DNA of 64,000 nt from the NCBI GenBank assembly GCA_951406725.2, contig OX597822.1, positions 30,752,001 through 30,816,000 on the forward strand, in the 5' to 3' direction. This stretch comes from Octopus vulgaris (Eukaryota). The notes under the pieces are model-generated. The model made no database searches and was not told where the DNA came from. It worked only from the letters and a program-made list of their open reading frames with translations. A program made the translations under genes and the position numbers. Below, in pieces: positions 56,500 to 64,000 of this stretch (within the stretch, counting starts at the first letter, position 1; each line of letters begins with the position of its first letter).

Positions 56500-56972
56500 A
56501 TGACGCAAATCACTGTGCCAGACATGTGGAAACGACATGCTCTACTGCTTGGCATTGGCACCGGGAGCACCAACATGAACATTTCAGAGTACTTCGGTGT
56601 CAATCTGAGGACAGTGCAATCTGGTGCCATCTACCGAAAGTGATAAAAATCAAACATCCAATCAAAATCTTGGTGTTTGGAGTGATCACTAGTGATGGCC
56701 TCACATTCAACAAGGAGGCCTACATAAAGTGCCTGGAGGAGTTAGAACTGCCCTGAGTCAAGAGTGTGGCTCATGGAAAACTCTATGTCTGGTTACAGGA
56801 CTCTGCACCATGCCACACAAGACAATTTCTATCAGACAATTTCTGCGACCACATTACCCGAAACATCTGGCCACCTAACTCCCCAGACTGCAACCCTCTT
56901 GATTATTATAGGTGGATCGCTGTTGAGCAGGAGACAAACAAAACTCCTCGTAACACCAACGACGAACTGACA
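56500..56972 (+). pseudogene. Tc1/mariner DD37D (maT)-like transposase relic
   Basis: ILVFGVITSDG, WLQDSAPCH, WPPNSPDCNPLDYY. Confidence 0.85.
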
Positions 56973-57164
56973 AATACACACACACACACGCACACGCACA
57001 CGTACACACACTTACACACGAGCGCGCATGCACGCACACACTTCATATACATATAATATATGCACCAAATTACACATTGGTATTCTATAAATCTGATACA
57101 GGTGATGGTATGCCTTGCTAGGAGCCATGCTTCTGTGGATAGAACACGATTATTTTTGGGCGCT

Positions 57165-57262
57165 ACGTTCTGAGTTCAAATTCCGCCGAGGTCGACTTTG
57201 CCTTTCATCCTTTCGGAGCGGATCAAATAAGTGCCAGTTACGCACTGGGGTCGATATAATTT
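57165..57262 (+). mobile_element. SINE C fragment
   Basis: gagttcaaattccgccgaggtcgactttgcctttcatcc. Confidence 0.8.
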
Positions 57263-57599
57263 CCAAATGCTGCAATGTCTTTTGTACACAAATTTCGGAT
57301 GGGACTGGAAGACCTCGGCAAGAAAGTTTCAGTTGTAGGAAAGAGAATAATGATTCTAATCGTAGAGATTCTATAAAGCATCACAATTTATTTAACGACT
57401 TCAAAACAGTACCAATGATGATCCCGAAAAATCATTGACGGCAATCGACAAAGACCTTCAGACAGCACCGTGAACTGTAAGAAATGTAGTGACAATGACA
57501 TTCGATATAACTCGTATTTACTGAGACGAGCGCAATTCATATCTGCAAAAACAAGAGAAGAGCTCGATCCGTGCCAAACGGTTACTTGACGTTACGAAC

Positions 57600-57825
57600 A
57601 TTATATGCTTTGTTTTTTCTGGGATAATTAAAGCTTTGCGTAAGACTAAGGGAAGTAATGACAAATGGTTATGTGCAGATCCATCTGACTCCCCTAGAGT
57701 GATGCATATTAAATTTCCAGCTACTACGATGGGTTTAAAAGTGACGAGTAAAGAAGCTGATGTCATGCAAACATCCATCTTTTCACTGTTTAGAATTAAT
57801 ACAGTTGGATACGTTGCTTGAAGAC
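57600..57825 (+). pseudogene. Second DD37D-like transposase fragment
   Basis: NDKWLCADPSDSPRVMHIKFPATTMGL, similar to the KHPIKILVFG region at 56650. Confidence 0.55.
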
Positions 57826-57930
57826 GTACATACGTACATACATGCTTATATATGTGTGCATATATGACATTTGATACACACAGACACACACATAGACACA
57901 GACACACACACATACACACAGACACACACA

Positions 57931-57988
<58 letters not shown>

Positions 57989-58712
57989 CACATACACATA
58001 CACACACACGCACACTGTACTACTTTTTCGAACTATGTATATTTTGTTCATTTTCAGGCCTGCTGCTAAACTGTAGATGCAGAGCTCTATCAGCTTTCTC
58101 TGACACTGATCCATTGTCTCAATGGCCATCTATGACTTACGATGTTATATGTGAATCGCTGGTCTGTTAGTAGTTTGCTGTTGGTGTTGGTGCCACCTGT
58201 CCGGCTATTGTTTCTGATGACCACTTCTGGACAGGCGGTGAAGAGATATGGAGGGTTGGTATGTCCTTGCTGACACCTTTCCGAATGAGAACTCTTACGG
58301 TTGGTGATAGTAAAACTATACCCGTGATGTCTCTGAAGTTTTCCTCTCCGATCAGTTTGGTGCATTGCACCTGGACTCCTTCATTTTCAGAAATTTCCTT
58401 ACTGCATTCATTTCATTGTTATGGAAGACTTATTTGATACCGTCAAAAATGGCGCACATAATATTATTGCAAGTGTATACCTGAAATTAATACGAGAACG
58501 CGGTGGAGAGAACAGCATCATAACAGTACAGCGAAAAAACGATGGGCTGGACATATAGCGTGTTTCACAGATAGCAAGTGGATTCCTGTAATTGCCGAGT
58601 ATTACCCAAAAGATCATAGAAATAGGAAAATGTATGTATGTATGTATTTATGTATGTATGTATGTATGTATGTATGTATGTATGTATGTATGTATGTATG
58701 TATGTATGTATG

Positions 58713-59266
58713 TCTATTATATAAAATCCGTTCTGTCTGTCTGTGTGTGTGTCTTCTAGGATATCGGCCATCCTTCATCCTATTGCGCTCATCCTATTGC
58801 GCTCAAATGTAGATACCGACGGTATCAGGGTGTGCATAAGTCTTGAAAAAATTACAAAAGTCGATTCCAGGTGAGAATGTGATCGATAAAGCCGTGAGAA
58901 CGTGCATTTGTAGGCGAAAGTACATCTGCTGTTGCGATCGATACTACGCCTACGCGAGAAAAATGCACGTGCAGTTTGCGCATAAAAAGCCGGCTGGCTT
59001 GAAATAATGCCACAAAATGCAGTATATTTAAGAGACGAAAAAAGTAAGATGCAAAAGAGATATTTTCTTCAAACTTGGCATGAAAGAAGGAAGGATTATT
59101 TGGTTTCTCAAGATTTTTTTTTGCCTTAACTTCGTTTAACAAAACCAAAAATTTCATTGAAATAAAGGCATGCTTAATTATTTTTTAATGAAAACAAAAC
59201 ACTGATTGCTTTGTATTCAGCAGATATGATTCAGCACCGTCCATTGGAGGGGGGGCGTTTTGCTCG
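58713..59266 (+). mobile_element. Non-autonomous Helitron-like element
   Basis: TCTATTATATAAAATCCG start; ends shared with 40783-41160. Confidence 0.72.
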
Positions 59267-59293
59267 TATATTTATATATATATATATATATAG

Positions 59294-59327
<34 letters not shown>

Positions 59328-59449
59328 GTGTGTCCAAATTGAGGAATGGAGGAAATAAATTCCAGGCCACGTATAAAGCCTACGTTTCTACGGACTGCTC
59401 TCGAAGTTTACTAACTTCTTACACATGAATCCTTGGCTCCTACGTTTAG

Positions 59450-59781
<332 letters not shown>

Positions 59782-60106
59782 CAATGTTATTTTATTCATG
59801 GAAAGAAATATATAAAAAAAGGGAGTTGAATTTCCCCTGCGAAGTCTGAAGCAGTTCCACAAATCTTTTGTTATTTAAAAGTTGAGAAAGAAAGACGTGG
59901 GTCTCTGCCGCAACTGTCTTGCTTCTGACTGGAGTTGGAAATTATCTTGTTTTATCCATAGAATATGCTTCAAATTAGAATCTGCTGTGGATACGATTTG
60001 ATTGGCTGAGGATGATCACTTGAATAAAGTTAGAAATTCTTGTAAGCTTCCCGCTACGTCCGTGCGTGAATGCCATGTGACAATATATTCCCTTTTTGTC
60101 TCTAAG

Positions 60107-60139
<33 letters not shown>

Positions 60140-61104
60140 GAGGCTTTAAGGGTCCAGCAAAAGGCCTGGCTGGAGGCCCAACCATTTGCGCACTTTTTGA
60201 GGGTTTAGATAAACTGAAGGACTAAGTATATGAATTTGAGGGGGGAAGATGTTGAATGAAATCATAATAAACTGTATTTTATTTTCCACAAAGATAGGAA
60301 CTCTTGATCAACTCCACGTACACACACACACAGACACACATATGTACACACACACATACGTACACACATACACATAAACACAAGCACATCCAAGCACAGA
60401 TTATATATAAATATATATACATACACATACACACACACACGCTCGTACATACAGACGTATACACATACAGAGAGAGAGAGAGAGGGGGAGGGAGGGAGGG
60501 AGAGAAAGAGAGGGAGAGTGATAAATAGAGAGAGGGAAGGAGTAATTGTACGTTTCTGTTTTATATTGTGCGTGTTGAAGAAATGAATTTACTCTACATT
60601 TACTTGTAGTTTTTTTTCAAAATTAGTTTTACTTTAACTCTTCATTAGTAGCGATCAATTGACACAGACCTCTTATGACTTTCCCCTGTCTTATCTTCTC
60701 TCTGTGAAACATCTCTTATTGCCGTTTATATGGTAGGCACGAATCATGAAAACGCTTCATTGTCAGTTTCGTATTCATTATCGTTGTTTCTCATTTGTTA
60801 GTGCAGGACTTTAAATTTTCTGACTGTTGACATATAACCTGTTACCTCACCAATCACTTCTTACAAACTTACACATGACACATCTCGTTTCTTTTCAACC
60901 AACAAATCTTTCACCATTTATCTTAAAGCCCATCTATTATGTTGAGGTTGCAATCTATATTGTACCTCTGTTCTTAAGGTGGCCTTTGTATGTATGTAGA
61001 CTTTACTCTGCCATGATGAATACTGCTTACAGTGTATAGTAAAATTAGAAGACTACTTTAAACTTAAGGGCTATTAGAAGTGGGTAAAACTGTCTACCTA
61101 TTTT

Positions 61105-61392
61105 AACCAGATCAAGCCGAAACACTCGCTGGAAGCTAGGATCACCAAGAATAGATTGGCATGTTTTGGTCATATTATGCGGAGAAAATCCCTGGAGAAG
61201 GACATCATGCTCGGAATGGTCAGTGGCAAGAGAGGAAGAGGCCGACCAAGAACCCACTGGCTTGACACCATTAAGAGTGACACGGGAATGGCCATAGCCA
61301 ATCTGAAAGAAGCGACCCAGGATAGAACTGGCTGGAGAACACTGATGCATTGAGTAACCGAGAGTCGACTTCGACTGAGCGGATAGATAAAT
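61105..61392 (+). pseudogene. RTE (BovB-like) LINE 3' end
   Basis: FGHIMRRKSLEKDIMLGMVSGKRGRGRPRTHWLD...DRTGWR. Confidence 0.88.
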
Positions 61393-62979
61393 AGATTTTA
61401 TAGGAGGTAGTCGGTGATACCTTTTCATTCTTGTAAAACTATTTTTCGAGATAAGTAAATGAAGCTTTCTCGTTTACCACAGACTACAAACTCTCCTGTC
61501 CCATGCAGTATTGTTGATATTTTGGCCTCTAGTGAAATGTATTACCACTGGTGTGGTTGAATTTTGCCACAAACATAAGGGTTTAGTAAATGGCCACATC
61601 ACAGATAAAGCTTTCAAATTTGCTACAAGCATCGGATCCACCTGCATGCTATATTTACTCCGCGAAACACCACTAAAAAGCATCCAGTGTGACTGGTTAG
61701 ACAATACTGCCTCTATTACACTTTATTCATCCACCCACAGCAGGCATCTGTTGTCTTCAAACTCTTCAATTGTTGCATCTGGACACGAATATATCTGGAA
61801 CATTCGAAATCCACTAACGTGTGATTAGTTTTTCAGGAAGCTATTGACTTGGCATTCTCAAATTCTACCAATGAAAAGTGATGGAAACAATCGAAAAAGA
61901 TCTCATTCACCATTTTCAGATACTATTACTGTTACTGTTTTTGTAGGGTTACATCTGATGGTTCGTTTTTTTTGTAGGGTTACATCCAGTGGTTCGTTGA
62001 CAGTGAAAAATTCGGCGGAAGCAATTTTACTGCTGTTGACATCCGAAAGCTATTCGACTCTGTCTAGTATATGGGTACCTAATCTAAGCAACATTCTCCT
62101 ACACTATCGTTATAAATACACACCAATGTTCAGTTATATCAATGATATTCTACCAACTGCACATCAAAAACCTCTTTGATGTCCTATCTAAGAACGATTA
62201 CTTCACTATGGCCGATTCCTTTCCTGACATGCATCTAGGATTCAAAACACAGTGATACTTGTGCAAATAGCACCTAAGCATCTCCCATCAAATCTGCAGT
62301 ATATCCATGAACAGAGACTTCGAAAACATTTATCAATGGGAAAATACAAATATTGTCTCCTTCAACAATGCACTGGCATAATCACCTTCCACCTCCAAAA
62401 AACAATCTTGTACTTACCTCTCGTTCTTTCCCACGTCTCCCTCTCTCTCGTTCTCTCTTTCTTATCTTGAGCAATACGCGATTTAAACCCAACCCGCAAC
62501 GTTACTATAAATCTAACAAGCCTTACCTATATCGTACGCTTCTTACATTCAAAGTACCAAAACTCTGCACCCGTCACACCTTACTTTTTATTCAGGGTCA
62601 TAAACAAACGGTTGTAGAGTCACTATCAAATGCATTTGGAATGTACAAAAAATAATGTACCGGTGTTCCTTCTACAAACATAAACGTCCACATTTAAAAG
62701 ACAGCCATCTGGCTGATTGTGACTCCAATTCCTCTGTCTTTATTATATTGACAACATTGACCTCCGTTTGTTAGAGCAATTAAATTGCTTACATTTACTA
62801 AGACCTACATCGCATACCGTTTGATTCTTCCTCTGGTTTCCCATAGTCTTTATACTCCATAGCCTTTCACCAATTATCACGCCAACGTTTTAATTTCCAA
62901 AGCGTTAAAACTCTGAATTTCCATTCCCAGTTTTATTTTCTCAGCAGATTCTCAATTTTCACACGTTCAGATTACATAT

Positions 62980-63161
62980 CCTTTTCTACTCCAGGCACAA
63001 GGCCCAAAATGTTTAGGGAGAGGGCCGGTACTTAATTTATTGACCCCGAAAGGATGAAAGGCAAAATCGACCTCAGCGGAATTTGAACTCAGAATGTAAA
63101 GACAGACGAAATACCGCTAAGTATTTCGCCCGGCGTGCTAACGCTTCTGCCAGCTCGCTGC
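62980..63161 (-). mobile_element. SINE family C
   Basis: Head gcgagctggcagaagcgttagcacgccgggcg plus the central block. Confidence 0.85.
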
Positions 63162-64000
63162 GTTACATTTCAACCACATCAATTTCCTTGTCTTGAAAAT
63201 TACCAGACAGTGACAAACAGATACACCTACTCCTGACAAACCCCCAAAATACTCGCAAATATGTCAAGTCTAGAGAGTAAATAACCCCAGAAACAGCACT
63301 TCTTTTCTGTGCAAAAACTTATTTGGAGGTCAGTACGAGGAGAAACCTGTAAAAAGTAGAGTTACAATAAGTATATCCATTTATCTAAACAAATGTGAGC
63401 CTATGTCTAAGATTAACTGTGTTTAATAGGCGACTAAATTCTGGGAGTACAACCAGCTTAACTAGATCCCAGCCCGTTTCATGGATGATCTACTCTGACT
63501 GCTGCTGATACTCACCGACGTACATTGCTTGCCGAAATGAAATACTACTTCAGTGACACAACGCGCTGCGTATTTCGAGATTCGAACACACGACCCTAAA
63601 GATCATGATCTTAAGAAAGTATATAACCATTAGAACTTACACCGTTATACTAAAGTATCTGAATGCTTGGAACATATTAAATGTCTTGCACTATAAGAAA
63701 TTCCTGTATGAATTGGCCGGCATCCTGATAGGTTAATCCTGTAAGTAAACACTAAACCTGATGCAAACATATTTTACGAAAGAGGAAAGGCTATTAAAAT
63801 TCACAGTAGCATCATAAATACTGGATGTTGGACGGTGCGAAGCGGAATTAGTAAGCTTTGTTAGAAGATAATCTACTAGGTGTTGATAGAAGTTTGAGTA
63901 GGCAGGCAAGTTACTTTATGGAGACAAGAAAGCTTTCGACATACAACTATTGGATTTAGTTACTGTGTGTGTGTGTGTGTGGGGGGGGGGTTAAAATGCT

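Noticed and set aside
61420-62930. Complex stretch with short ORFs (IWNIRN, an L1-like motif)
   Set aside because: A single weak motif is insufficient

Overview
AT-rich, repeat-saturated eukaryotic non-coding DNA. The SINE families and the very dense (TA)n/(TACA)n/(TAGA)n/(TAA)n microsatellites suggest an octopus or other cephalopod (inference from recall, not a search). I recognise no intact host gene or exon. Nearly all listed ORFs are microsatellite artefacts or decayed transposon frames. Contents: three tRNA-derived SINE families (about 30 copies); mariner, Tc1 and DD37D-type relics; several MITEs; Helitron relics and non-autonomous copies; and LINE fragments (CR1-like, RTE, R4/Dong, L1/Tx1-like, Penelope RT). 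The most interesting signal is a set of minimal hammerhead-ribozyme (HHR) motifs in short elements with an inverted terminal duplication, the Penelope/retrozyme architecture. One nearly canonical HHR is at 50231-50293 (-). Another appears to be the tail of a tRNA-headed, SINE-like element (36963-38741). All motifs were read by eye; repeat boundaries are approximate.
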